NCBI GenBank assembly: GCA_046328075.1
Contig: JAXLXG010000016.1
Coordinates: 55,196-119,195, forward strand
DNA: 64,000 nucleotides
Direction: 5' to 3'
Origin: Candidatus Sericytochromatia bacterium
Lineage (GTDB): Bacteria; Cyanobacteriota; Sericytochromatia; UBA7694; JACMQJ01
Shown here in pieces: positions 1-10,419 of the stretch; position 1 is the first letter of the stretch, and each line of letters starts with the position of its first letter. Both the position numbers and the translations under genes were made by a program. The notes beneath the pieces are model-generated. The model was not told where the DNA came from, made no database searches, and saw nothing but the letters and a program-made list of their open reading frames with translations.

Positions 1-612
1 ATTCCAATCTTCATCACTTCTAAAATCTTTTCTTGAAATGAATTTAGGGCTTACATCTTTTGAAGAAAAAATATCTCCTCTTAAAAATCGTAAAAAAATT
101 TCTGTAGCTTCATGAAAAACTTTTCCTTTAACTACAGCCCAAGAAACTTTTTCTATTTCATTTCTTGGTCTAATTCCATATGGAATGTTTGAAAAATTAA
201 ATCTTCCAGCAGCAAACCCAATATTTAATAATCTTTTTTCATAATCATTTAAATCATGTAGTGTTAAAAAGGTTTTTATTGCTTCTGCATGAGCTATGGG
301 GCCTCCATTACATAAAATATTTCTTATGGCAGAGCCAACATTTATATTTTTTGTTATTTGAAAAACTTTATGAGCTATTTGTAAAATATCTGTATTTAAG
401 CCTATTTCACCTTTAAAATCTGGTATAACTGGAAATAGGTTTTCTTTTTGTATTTGACAAGATAAATGTGTTTCAGCAACCCAAGCAGTTTGATAACCTA
501 ACTCATCTGCGAGTTTTACTTGATCAAAAAAATTAAGAAGCATTTGTTTTTCAGAAGGAATGAAATTATCAACTTCTGTTTGACAGATTGAAAAGAAAAT
601 ATCAAAAAACAT
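1..612 (-). CDS. LLM-class flavin-dependent oxidoreductase (luciferase-like monooxygenase), 3' end outside the window
   Basis: Manual translation of the minus strand gives MFFDIFFSICQTEVDNFIPSEKQMLLNFFDQVKLADELGYQTAWVAETHL.., the typical N-terminus of luciferase-like monooxygenases. Start ATG (rc) at 610-612. The ORF runs off the window start, so it is absent from the ORF track. Confidence 0.5.
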   Translation of the reverse strand, partial: MFFDIFFSICQTEVDNFIPSEKQMLLNFFDQVKLADELGYQTAWVAETHLSCQIQKENLFPVIPDFKGEIGLNTDILQIAHKVFQITKNINVGSAIRNILCNGGPIAHAEAIKTFLTLHDLNDYEKRLLNIGFAAGRFNFSNIPYGIRPRNEIEKVSWAVVKGKVFHEATEIFLRFLRGDIFSSKDVSPKFISRKDFRSDEDWN

Positions 613-828
613 AAAATTTATTTCTATACAAAAATATAATTATAAATTAAATAATGTTTTAGAAAAATTATCAAGAACTTTATATAAAATATATAGATTT
701 TTTCTATAGAAAATTATATATTGGTTCTATTAATAAAAAATATAAAGTATATTTATGAAACTTTTTAAATCATTATAAGAAATAAGTTATAATGATTTTT
801 ACTTTAATATTTAATAAAACATAGTAAG

Positions 829-1530
829 TTGAAAATTAAGTTACCTTTTTTAATATCTAATACAATAGAAGATATTTATTTATTTTATATCAATATAAAA
901 AATGCATTTTATAACTTTTTTCACTTTATAATTGAAGTTATAAGCTTTTATAGTGATCCTTTACTAAGAAAAGTTGATATACAGTTGTTTAAGACTTATG
1001 CAATAAGAGATCAATTTTCTATAGCTATTGAAGAAGGGCATTTATTATTTCCAGATTCAAAAGAAGAATTAACTTATGGTGAAGCAATATGGAAATCAAT
1101 TGATAAAGTTTTTAAATTTATAAATCCTAAGCCTGAACAAAAATTTTATGATCTTGGGTGTGGTATTGGTAGAATATGCTTTTTCGCAAATATAAAATAT
1201 AAACTAAATACAACAGGTATAGAATTAATACCAACCTTTGTAGATAATGCACAAAAAATAGTTTTTGATAATAATTTAAAAGAAATAAATTTTATAGAAG
1301 AAGATTGGCTTAATTATAATTTTGATGATGCTGATATTATTTATGTAGCAGCAACTTGTTTAGAAGCAGATACTTTAGAATTGCTAAATGAAAAGTTAAG
1401 CAAATTAAAAGTAGGTACTTATATAATAACTGTTTCTCATCCTATAAATTCAAATAGAGTAAAGTTAATAAAAAAAATGTATTTACCTTTTTCATGGGGT
1501 AAAGCTGATGTTTATATTTCTAAAATATAA
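829..1530 (+). CDS. Class I SAM-dependent methyltransferase (start uncertain; the track ORF begins at a TTG)
   Basis: YDLGCGIGRI glycine-rich SAM-binding motif (motif I) followed by an acidic motif II region. The 233-aa ORF is open. Confidence 0.5.
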   Translation: MKIKLPFLISNTIEDIYLFYINIKNAFYNFFHFIIEVISFYSDPLLRKVDIQLFKTYAIRDQFSIAIEEGHLLFPDSKEELTYGEAIWKSIDKVFKFINPKPEQKFYDLGCGIGRICFFANIKYKLNTTGIELIPTFVDNAQKIVFDNNLKEINFIEEDWLNYNFDDADIIYVAATCLEADTLELLNEKLSKLKVGTYIITVSHPINSNRVKLIKKMYLPFSWGKADVYISKI

Positions 1531-1578
1531 ATTATATGATATAAATCTAAAAATATTCTAAAAATTGAGGTTTAAGAC

Positions 1579-2007
1579 TTGAATATATCATTAAAAATTT
1601 ATGCTATATGTTGTGTGATATTATTTATAAAAATGTTTGCAATTGGTATTACACAAGGATTATTGAAAAAGAAATATAGTTCATTTGTTGTTGTAGAAGA
1701 TGCTAAAATGATGGGGTTAGAACCAGCTACAAGTGAACCCTTACCATTAGTTAGAGCTAATAATGCTTTTAGAAATGATTTAGAAAATATACCTATGTTT
1801 TTATTCTTGGCTTTAGTTTATGTAATGCTAAATTGCTGGGATAGGGGAAGTTTAATTTATTTTACTACATTTGTATTTGCAAGGATAATGCATAGTATTT
1901 TTTATATAAATGGTAAACAACCTTGGAGATCTATGTCTTATGGAATAGGATTATTAATGAGTTTTATTATAAGTGGTCATATAATTTATCAAGTTTTTAC
2001 AAAGTAA
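1579..2007 (+). CDS. MAPEG-family small integral membrane protein
   Basis: 142 aa with four hydrophobic segments. RANNAFRNDLENIPMFL and FARIMHSIFY...QPWRS resemble MAPEG/MGST signature regions. Confidence 0.55.
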   Translation: MNISLKIYAICCVILFIKMFAIGITQGLLKKKYSSFVVVEDAKMMGLEPATSEPLPLVRANNAFRNDLENIPMFLFLALVYVMLNCWDRGSLIYFTTFVFARIMHSIFYINGKQPWRSMSYGIGLLMSFIISGHIIYQVFTK

Positions 2008-2019
2008 ATATTTTTAGAC

Positions 2020-2736
2020 TTATTTTTTCAAACTTTTAATCCATTTTATTTCTTCATTAGTTAGAGATCTGTATTCTCCTGCTTTTAAATTATCAAGTTT
2101 AATATTACCAATTCTAATTCTTTTAAGCTTTGTTACCTCATAACCTAGTGCATCAAACATTCTTCTTATTTGTCTGTTCTTACCTTCATGTATAGTGACT
2201 TCTAAAATAGTTAGATTATTTTCTTCTCTTATAATTTCAACTTTAGCTGGAGCTGTATAACCATCTTCTAACCTTATTCCTTTTTCGAATTTTTCTAAAG
2301 CTCTATCAGGTATGAATCCTTGAATATATACAACATATACTTTCTCTACTTCATACTTAGGATGAATAAGATTATTTGTTATTTCACCATCATTCGTTAA
2401 TAAAATAAGACCACTACTATCATAATCAAGTCTACCTATTGGATATATATATTCATCAGTATTAATTAAATCAACTACTGTTTCTCTGTCTTTTTCATCT
2501 TTTCTAGAAGAAATGATTCCAAATGGTTTATTTAAAGCTATATAGATTTTAGGTTTATTCGTATCTATTTTTTTTCCATTAACTTTAATTATATCTTTAT
2601 CTGGATTTGCTTTAGTTCCAAGTTCAGAAACAGTTTTATTATTTACAGATACTCTTCCATCTAATATTAGCTCTTCTGCTTTTCTTCTTGATGCAATACC
2701 TGCTTCAGAAATTATTTTTTGTAGTCTTATTTCCAT
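2020..2736 (-). CDS. RNA pseudouridine synthase, RsuA/RluB family (S4 domain plus PseudoU_synth_2)
   Basis: N-terminal S4-like RLQKIISEAGIASRRKAEELILDGRVSVN and catalytic YPIGRLDYDSSGLILLTNDG motif. Its start overlaps the stop of the upstream gene (TAATG). Confidence 0.85.
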   Translation of the reverse strand: MEIRLQKIISEAGIASRRKAEELILDGRVSVNNKTVSELGTKANPDKDIIKVNGKKIDTNKPKIYIALNKPFGIISSRKDEKDRETVVDLINTDEYIYPIGRLDYDSSGLILLTNDGEITNNLIHPKYEVEKVYVVYIQGFIPDRALEKFEKGIRLEDGYTAPAKVEIIREENNLTILEVTIHEGKNRQIRRMFDALGYEVTKLKRIRIGNIKLDNLKAGEYRSLTNEEIKWIKSLKK

Positions 2737-5618
2737 TAATTACCTGTATTATTTCTTGTATTTATTAAGAATATTCCTGCTGCTACTGCTGTTTTATATG
2801 TAATATCGGCAATATCTTTAACAATAACCCAATAGTCAGTTTTTGAAGGTAATTGAGGTACAAGAATTGTATCTCCAGGTTCAATTATTTCATCTTTAAT
2901 ATCATAAAACCATTTATCTTCTGAAGATAAAACCGAACCATTAACTCTTACAAGGTTTATTCTACTATTATCACCATCATGTGTTATACCACCTGCTTGT
3001 GAAAGATAATAGCCTAATGTTTTACCTGGTTTAAATACAATAGCTGTTTGATTATAAACTTCACCTTGAACTGAAACAAAATCAGGTCTTTTGGGAATAA
3101 ATAAAGAATCCCCTGCTGAAATTTTTACATTGTTATCTGTATTCTTAAAATTTTGACTATATAGATCAATTATCATACGTCCTGTTGCTTGAGAACTTCT
3201 TAGCTTTTGTAACAGTTGTCTTCTATAATTTAGTCTTTGTTCTCTTAGCAATAGTTCTTCTTGTTTTAGCTTTTTTGATTCTTCATCTGTAAGCTGGGTT
3301 TCTTCAACTAAAATACTAGATTCTATATCTTCTATTAATTTATCTAATCTTGCTTTTTGAAGCTCCATTACGCTTTTTCTATTAAAAATAGCCCCCTTAA
3401 GATACGCATCATTTAAAAAACCACCTGCTCGTTGTATTACATCATATAATCTATCATTTGGTGATACTGCATATACTCCAGGATAACGAACTTGACCTTT
3501 TAATTCTATTGCAAGTCCAATATCTTCCCAATTAGGAATTTGTTTTATTAATAATCTATCCATATCTTGAAGTAAAATATTATGTGCTGTATTTCCTGCT
3601 ATAGCTTTTTGAAGATCTATATTTATAGTTTTAAACTTAACTTCTGCTCCATCATTTATATAACGAATTATTTCTGCTTCTCTTGTATATGCTGATTTAT
3701 TAAAGCTACCACCTAAATTCAGTAAGTCTTTAACTCTCATTCCTTTTCCAAGTGGGTAGGAACCTGCTTTGGTTATTTGACCTGCAATTTCGACTGTTTT
3801 AGATTGTGAAATATCATTATTACTATGGAAAATAATTAAATCTTCATCTTTTATTTCTATATTATTATTTTCATCACCACTTAAAGCATTTTTTAAGCTT
3901 ATTGATATATTCTTTTTATTTCCATATACATCATCTTTTCTAATAATTTCAACTCTATCAAGATAAGTATTTTTTGTGACTCCACCTGATAAAGATAAAA
4001 TATCTAGCAAACGAGTTCCTTTTACAATTTTATATTTTCCTGGCTTAAATATTTCTCCTGTAACTTCAATTTCTGGTACTCTTGTAAAATCCCATTTTGA
4101 ATAAATCATTACAGTATCAAAAGGTTGAAGTTCAATATCTTTTTTATGAGCAATAATATCATTTAAGTTAAACATTATTGTAAATGGTTTTAAATCGGGT
4201 TTCTGTAATCGTATAATTTGTGCATATTCTGTATAAGGCTCAGGTAACAAGTCACTATAAGATTTAATAATCTCTGATAACTTCATTTTATTTTTATATT
4301 GATAAGTACCTGGTCTAAATACATGACCATTAAGATAAACTGTTTGATTATTTACATTTAATATAGGGAAAATACTAATTAAATCTTTATCTTTAAGAGT
4401 AAGATTTGATAATTTAGATTTTGACGTTAAATCAACATTTAAAATTACCATTTCTTTATTAGCTTCAACTCTTTTTACTTGAACATTTTTTAAATATGAT
4501 GTTGCTAATGCACCACCAGAAAGATTTAATATATCAGCTAAGTTCTTTTCATTTTTTAGTTCATATATAGCTGGTCTATTTACAAGACCTTGTATTCCAA
4601 CTGTTTTACTTTTTAGATTGAAATATACAGTATCACCATTTTCAAGTTTAACATCAGCTGATTTGTCTCCTTTTAATATAAAATCATAAAGGTCGACTTT
4701 TTTTATTGTTTTGTTATTACGAATAATACTAATATTCCTTAAACTACCAATATCACTTGGACCCCCAGCCATAAATAAAACATTAAATAGTGTATTTACT
4801 GAACTTATTTCATATGCTCCAGGATTTTTAGCCTCACCAACAACATAAATTTTAAATTTTCTAAGTTTTGTAAGACTTACATCAACTGAAACATTATTAA
4901 AAATCTCACCTAATTTTTGTTTTATTTGTTCTTTTAGTACACCAAAACTACGTCCAGAAACAGTAAAAGTTCCAACTTCAGGTAGAACAATTTTTCCTTC
5001 TTTATCAACAGTTACATCTAGAGATGTATTAACTCCTCCCCAAATATTAATTTCAAGACTATCACCTGCACCAATAATATAATCATTACCAACAGGAGCA
5101 TCAAGTGTTGAGCTAATAACAGTAGAGTCTTGGTTAAATATTTCATAACCAAAAGGTTTTAATGCTTGATTTTCTTGTATTGTCTGTCCCTTAAATATAT
5201 TATTCATTGATGGTAGCCAAGGATATATATTTTGAGTTCCTGCTTCTTGAACTTTTTTATCTTCTTCTTGAACTTCTTTTACTTCTTCTTTTATTTCTTT
5301 TTTTGTTTTATTTTTTGTTTCAATATCACCAACTGTTTTTAGTGAATCATCTTTCTCAATTTTTAAGTCACCAGTTTTAGGTTTTGAATTTGATTTATCT
5401 GATTTTTTGATTGTTTGATTTGATTTAGCTTTTAATAGTTTTATTTCTTCTTCAAGTTCTTTAATTTTTGATTCACTAGATGTGTCTTTAGAACTAGATT
5501 TTATTTCTTTAATATCAATGCTTTTATCACTGACATCAGCAGAGTATACAGGTGTAATGCTTATAAAATTAATAGCAAGTAAAAGACTTAAGCCTTTTGT
5601 AATACTATTTTTCAACAC
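2736..5618 (-). CDS. Polysaccharide export outer-membrane protein, Wza-like (Poly_export domain plus multiple SLBB repeats), with signal peptide
   Basis: 960 aa. N-terminal signal peptide LLAINFISITPVYSA. Repeated SLBB-like units (GDxL.I.V, GEV..PG.Y) occur along the length. A Lys/Glu-rich linker follows the signal peptide. Confidence 0.7.
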   Translation of the reverse strand: MLKNSITKGLSLLLAINFISITPVYSADVSDKSIDIKEIKSSSKDTSSESKIKELEEEIKLLKAKSNQTIKKSDKSNSKPKTGDLKIEKDDSLKTVGDIETKNKTKKEIKEEVKEVQEEDKKVQEAGTQNIYPWLPSMNNIFKGQTIQENQALKPFGYEIFNQDSTVISSTLDAPVGNDYIIGAGDSLEINIWGGVNTSLDVTVDKEGKIVLPEVGTFTVSGRSFGVLKEQIKQKLGEIFNNVSVDVSLTKLRKFKIYVVGEAKNPGAYEISSVNTLFNVLFMAGGPSDIGSLRNISIIRNNKTIKKVDLYDFILKGDKSADVKLENGDTVYFNLKSKTVGIQGLVNRPAIYELKNEKNLADILNLSGGALATSYLKNVQVKRVEANKEMVILNVDLTSKSKLSNLTLKDKDLISIFPILNVNNQTVYLNGHVFRPGTYQYKNKMKLSEIIKSYSDLLPEPYTEYAQIIRLQKPDLKPFTIMFNLNDIIAHKKDIELQPFDTVMIYSKWDFTRVPEIEVTGEIFKPGKYKIVKGTRLLDILSLSGGVTKNTYLDRVEIIRKDDVYGNKKNISISLKNALSGDENNNIEIKDEDLIIFHSNNDISQSKTVEIAGQITKAGSYPLGKGMRVKDLLNLGGSFNKSAYTREAEIIRYINDGAEVKFKTINIDLQKAIAGNTAHNILLQDMDRLLIKQIPNWEDIGLAIELKGQVRYPGVYAVSPNDRLYDVIQRAGGFLNDAYLKGAIFNRKSVMELQKARLDKLIEDIESSILVEETQLTDEESKKLKQEELLLREQRLNYRRQLLQKLRSSQATGRMIIDLYSQNFKNTDNNVKISAGDSLFIPKRPDFVSVQGEVYNQTAIVFKPGKTLGYYLSQAGGITHDGDNSRINLVRVNGSVLSSEDKWFYDIKDEIIEPGDTILVPQLPSKTDYWVIVKDIADITYKTAVAAGIFLINTRNNTGN

Positions 5619-5789
5619 GTAAATTTTTCTCCATTAAATACAAAGTTCACCAATAAATATAACAAAATTTTTTATATTGAATATTATCTAAAAACAATAA
5701 TAATTCATAATAACAGTAAACAAATATTTATACAAAGCACTGATATAATATAATTTATTATTTTTTGTATAAGATTTCATAAGCTAATA

Positions 5790-7559
5790 ATGAAAAAAAC
5801 ATTTTTGAATGGTAGTAAAGCTGTTGTTGAAGGTTCTATTTACTCAGGTTGTAGATATTATTATGGGGCTACTAGACCTTTTAACAAAGATATTTTGAAT
5901 TATTCTTCTTATAGGTTTTCAGAAGTGAATGGTATTTTTACTCAAACTGAAAATGAAAGAGCAGCAATAGGAATGGTGATTGGTTCTTCTATTAGTGGAG
6001 CGAGAGTCCTAACAAGCTCAACAACTGAAGGAATATTTGCCCTTGATGAAGGCTTCTCATATCTTTGTGGAATGGAAATTTCTTGTGTTATTACCAATAT
6101 AATGTCTGGTAAATTAGGATTAAGAAATTATGAACCTACACAATCAGGATATGGACAGGCAGTAAGAGGTGGAACTTCAGGAGACTATAAGTTTATTGTT
6201 TTAGCTCCTTCCACTGTTCAAGAAACTTATGATTTAACAATTAAAGCTTTTGATTTATCTGATAAGTATAGAAATCCTGTAATGTTATTACTTGATAGTG
6301 CTTTATCACAAAATTATCAAAATATTGATATTAATGAGAATTTATTATCACCAGATTATTTTGAAAATAAAAACTGGAAATTAGATGGAGCAGAAAATAG
6401 AGAACATAGAACTTACAAAGTTTATCATGATAATGATTACAAATATAAAAAGTTTTCTGATAAATTTAAAATGATAGAAAATGAAGTTATCTTTGAAGAG
6501 TTTATGACTGAAGATGCTGAACACTTATATATAGCATTTGGATTGTCAGAACTAGTTAAGAGAATATTATTAAACAAAGGAAAAGGTATTAAAATCAGGT
6601 TTATTTAGACCTATAAGCTTAGTTCCATTCCTAAAAATAGATTTATGAATTATCTAAAAAAGTTAACAAAATTACTGTTATAGAGTCAAATTCAGGTTTA
6701 ATGCTTTTCTTAACTGATATTTTGAATATAGTTGAAGATAAAAATAAGGTAGATTTTTTTGGTGATTTTGATTATCATCAAGCTTTAGGAAAAATAGGCT
6801 CAGACTTAGAAAAAGGACTTATTTAATGCAAAAAAATTAAAAACTTATAAAGACATAGAAACTATATATTGTTCTGGCTGTTTTCATGGCACTATTAATA
6901 GAGTCATTGCAGAAGCAATTGATAACTTAAATCTTAGAGAAAAGACTATTGGAGTCAACTCTCAAGGTTGTGGTTCTTTTGTGTCTGACTATATGAATTT
7001 AGATTTTGTTGAGGCACCATTAGGTTTAGCAATACCTGTTGCTGTTGGAATTAAAAATGTTCAGCCTGAAAAGAATGTCATCACATATCAAGGTGATGGT
7101 GATATTTTATCATTTGGCTTAAATGAGTTAATTCATTCTGCATCTAGAGGAGATAAAATAACAGTTATTATGATTAATAACCTAGTTATGGCACAAAGTG
7201 GAGGTCAAATGTCATCAACATCTCTTTTGGGACAAGTAACAGATACAACTCCTTATGGAAGATCAGAAGAGAGACAAGGAAAGCAAATAAAAATAGCTGA
7301 AATCTTAGCTAAATTATCTGGTTGTGCTTATGTTAATAGAGTTACAGTTGATACTTCAGAAAATGTGAACTTAGCTATAAAAGCAGTAGAAGAAGCAATA
7401 TCATATCAGATTGAAGGTAAAGGTTTTAGTTTTATTGAATTTATATCTACTTGTCCTACATTCTGGAATAAGAGTCCAATAGAGTCAAGAAAATGGTTAC
7501 AAGAGATAGTTACTGATTCTTATCCTTTAGGATTAATTAAGAGGACTGTTAGTCGTTAA
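5790..7559 (+). pseudogene. korAB: Decayed 2-oxoacid:ferredoxin oxidoreductase alpha/beta (korA-korB-like) locus
   Basis: The 5790-6608 product aligns to the KorA N-terminus (GSKAVVEGSIYSGCRYYYG..., LAPSTVQETYDLTIKAF), but conserved YPITPS, GPG and GPSTG motifs are substituted. The 6609-6980 stretch contains stops, yet it translates in pieces to KorA C-terminal (RPISLVPF) and KorB N-terminal (SGCFHGTINRVIAEAIDNLNL..KTIGV) residues. The 6981-7559 product matches the KorB TPP domain (YQGDGD...) with the catalytic motif altered. Confidence 0.6.
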
Positions 7560-7665
7560 AAAGTCATTAAAAAAATAGATAGAATATATAAAAAAATATT
7601 TGTAATAATTATACTGACTTGAAGTAAAATATATTTAATTAATTAAAAAATGGAAGAAATTATCT

Positions 7666-8532
7666 GTGCGAATAAATGATGGTAAAATCCCTTTTTATTG
7701 TAATACTTGTGAGTGTTACTTTTATAATGATGCAGATGAATCTTCTAGATGCCCACAATGCAATAAAATTACTATTCCATATAAGAACTCTTTAGACAGG
7801 CATAGAGAAAACTGTGATTCATGTAAAATGAATTTTGAGGTTGTAAAAAAATCTCCCTATGATAATAGTCATTATTTAAATTGTGATAATTGTATGAGTG
7901 TTTTAAAAATTAGTTATAGTGACTCTATATTACAAAAATATATCAACAAAATAAACATAACCACAAAAATAGGTGACACTCAGATAAAAAATTATTGGAA
8001 TGAAATTGAGAATCACCTTAATCCTTGTTTATGTGGAGGAAATTTTAAACATTCAAATCCTAAAAAATGTCCTTTTTGCTTAGCTTCAGTAAAGGAAATT
8101 GAAGATGAGTATATAATTTTAAGTAACTATAGAGATAGAATAGCAATTCCTCTTATTACTAATCATATTTGGATAAATGAGAATGAAGAAGTAAGAAGTA
8201 ATAGACTTACAGATAATACAGAAAACCCTGTATTAAAAACTCTTCTTTCATATATGAAAACGGTTAAGTATTTTCAAGAAAGCTATTATAATAAAAAACA
8301 GGTTTGGGCTGACTCTTACGATGATTTAAAAATATATATAAAAGTTGAGAATCTTATTAACCATTATTCATTTATAGAAAAAGATAAAATGTTAAGTAAA
8401 TATTTTAAGTTTTCATTAGAAACCTTTCCTGATACTTATCATTTTATTGCTTTACCAAAGACAAAAGAGATTTTAAACTCATATTTATTACAAGGAAAAA
8501 CAGGTGAAATAGAGATACACCCTGTTAACTGA
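7666..8532 (+). CDS. Cys-rich zinc-ribbon protein, hypothetical
   Basis: At least four CxxC pairs (CNTCECYF..CPQCNK, CDSCKM, CDNCMS, CLCGG..CPFC). 288-aa open ORF. Confidence 0.4.
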   Translation: MRINDGKIPFYCNTCECYFYNDADESSRCPQCNKITIPYKNSLDRHRENCDSCKMNFEVVKKSPYDNSHYLNCDNCMSVLKISYSDSILQKYINKINITTKIGDTQIKNYWNEIENHLNPCLCGGNFKHSNPKKCPFCLASVKEIEDEYIILSNYRDRIAIPLITNHIWINENEEVRSNRLTDNTENPVLKTLLSYMKTVKYFQESYYNKKQVWADSYDDLKIYIKVENLINHYSFIEKDKMLSKYFKFSLETFPDTYHFIALPKTKEILNSYLLQGKTGEIEIHPVN

Positions 8533-10299
8533 TATTTTTATCATTAGTAAAAAATCTTATCTTATCATGTAAATTTTCAGATTTGAAAGGTTTAGTTATA
8601 TATTCATTAAATCCTGAATTTAAACATTTTTCCCTTTCTTCTGAAACAGTATTAGCAGTAAGAGCTATTATAGGAATGGTTTTATCAAGTTTTCTTATTT
8701 CTTGTGTTGCTGTATATCCATCCATTTCAGGCATTTGTAAGTCCATGAGAATAAGATCAAATTTATTCTTTTGAAACTTTTGAGTTGCAATTAAACCATT
8801 TTCAGCAACTTCATATGTCATATTCCATTTATCTAAAAATTTTGTTGCTACCATAACATTTACTTTATTATCTTCAACTATTAATATATGAGGATTAAAT
8901 GAGTTAATTTTTTCAGGCTGATATGATACATCTAAAACTTTATTTGAATTTTCTAATTCTAAATAAAAGAAGAATTTAGAGCCTACACCTATTTTACTCT
9001 CCACCTCTATTCTACTACCCATACGCTCGATTAGTTTCTTAATAATAGATAAACCTAAACCAGAACCACCATATCTTCTAGTTATAGTTAAATTCTCTTG
9101 AGTAAACTTCTCAGAAATACAGACTCAATCTTATCTTGAGAAATTCCAATACCATTATCTTTTATCTCAAAATATATTTTGCTTTTATTATCATTCTTTT
9201 CAATAAGTTTGATATTAAAATCTATAAAACCATTCTCTGTAAATTTTATTGCATTTGAAATTAGGTTTATAAATATTTGCCCTAATCTTAGAGGATCTCC
9301 TAAAAAGAAATACGATTCAAAACCTTCAAAATTCACATTAAGAGTATTCTTTTTTTCTATAGCTTGAGCTTTATGAACATTAACTATAGATTCTATAATA
9401 TCTTTTAAATTGAAGTTAATTTCTTCTAACTGAACTTCTCCAGATTCTATTTTACTAAAGTCTAATATATTAGATACTAAAGCTAAGAGATTTTCTGAAG
9501 AGTCTTTTAAAGTCTTTATTAGTGTATCTTCTTTATAAACTTCATTCTTTTCTAAAAGTTGTATTATCGAGATGATAGCATTTAACGGAGTTCTTATTTC
9601 GTGGCTCATAACAGATAAAAACTCTTTTTTTGCGTTGTTAGCATCTTCTGCTTTTTCTTTTTCAATATATGCTTTTTTTTCAGAAATAATCAACTCTTTA
9701 TTTTTACTATCAATACTAAACAGGAGTTTTTCATATGTTGTCTTAAAGAAATTATTAGTTAAAGCTATAATAAGAGAAACTAAAAAGAATCCAGATATTA
9801 AATCAGTATGTTTTGCTTCTATATTAGGATAAGGTATTAACAAACTAGGATATTTTTGTTCTAAAAAGAATAAAATAAATAAATTAATTATAAATACTAC
9901 AAATACTATAAATTGTGATACTTTACGATTTTTTATCGACAAATTTAGCATTAAAAATGTAATTATAAAGATATATGTTATTGAGCTATCTAAACCTCCA
10001 CTAAGGAAATATGAAATATCAAGAAGAATAATAAGTCCCACAAAAAAGATATTTTTTACTATATCAAATATTTTATCAATTTTAGATAAAAAATAACATG
10101 AAATACAAAATACTACATATACTAGAGAGAATAATTGCAAATATATACTTAGATTAGTTGTAACATTTTGAATAAAAGATAAAAATGCTAAAACAGCTGT
10201 ATAAAATGAAGAATATCTAAAGAACCTTTTTTCAAGTTCTAATTCACTTCCAAAATATGGTAAAAATCTTTTTATCAATGTTAAAATTATGCAATACAA
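8525..10299 (-). pseudogene. Hybrid sensor histidine kinase / response regulator, split by a frameshift near 9115-9124
   Basis: 9088-10299 encodes a multi-TM sensor, a HisKA domain (EFLSVMSHEIRTPLNAI) and the start of an HATPase_c domain (IFINLISNAIKFT). The minus strand in an alternate frame then reads SEKFTQENLTITRRYGGSGLGLSIIKKLIERMGSRIEVES (G-box), continuing into a REC domain (HILIVEDNKVN...DLILMDLQMPEMDG). The frame change lies within the codons for ESVF. Confidence 0.6.
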
Positions 10300-10419
10300 A
10301 TAATATTAAATAATAAAAATTATCATTATTAAAGCAACCTATAGAATATAAAACAATTCCATTTGTTTTACATAAATTATATTATAAGAAACTTTAAAAA
10401 CTTAAATATGTAATGATAA

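Noticed and set aside
829-900. TTG start of the methyltransferase ORF as given in the track
   Set aside because: No clear RBS. A downstream ATG is equally plausible, so the start is left uncertain rather than asserted.
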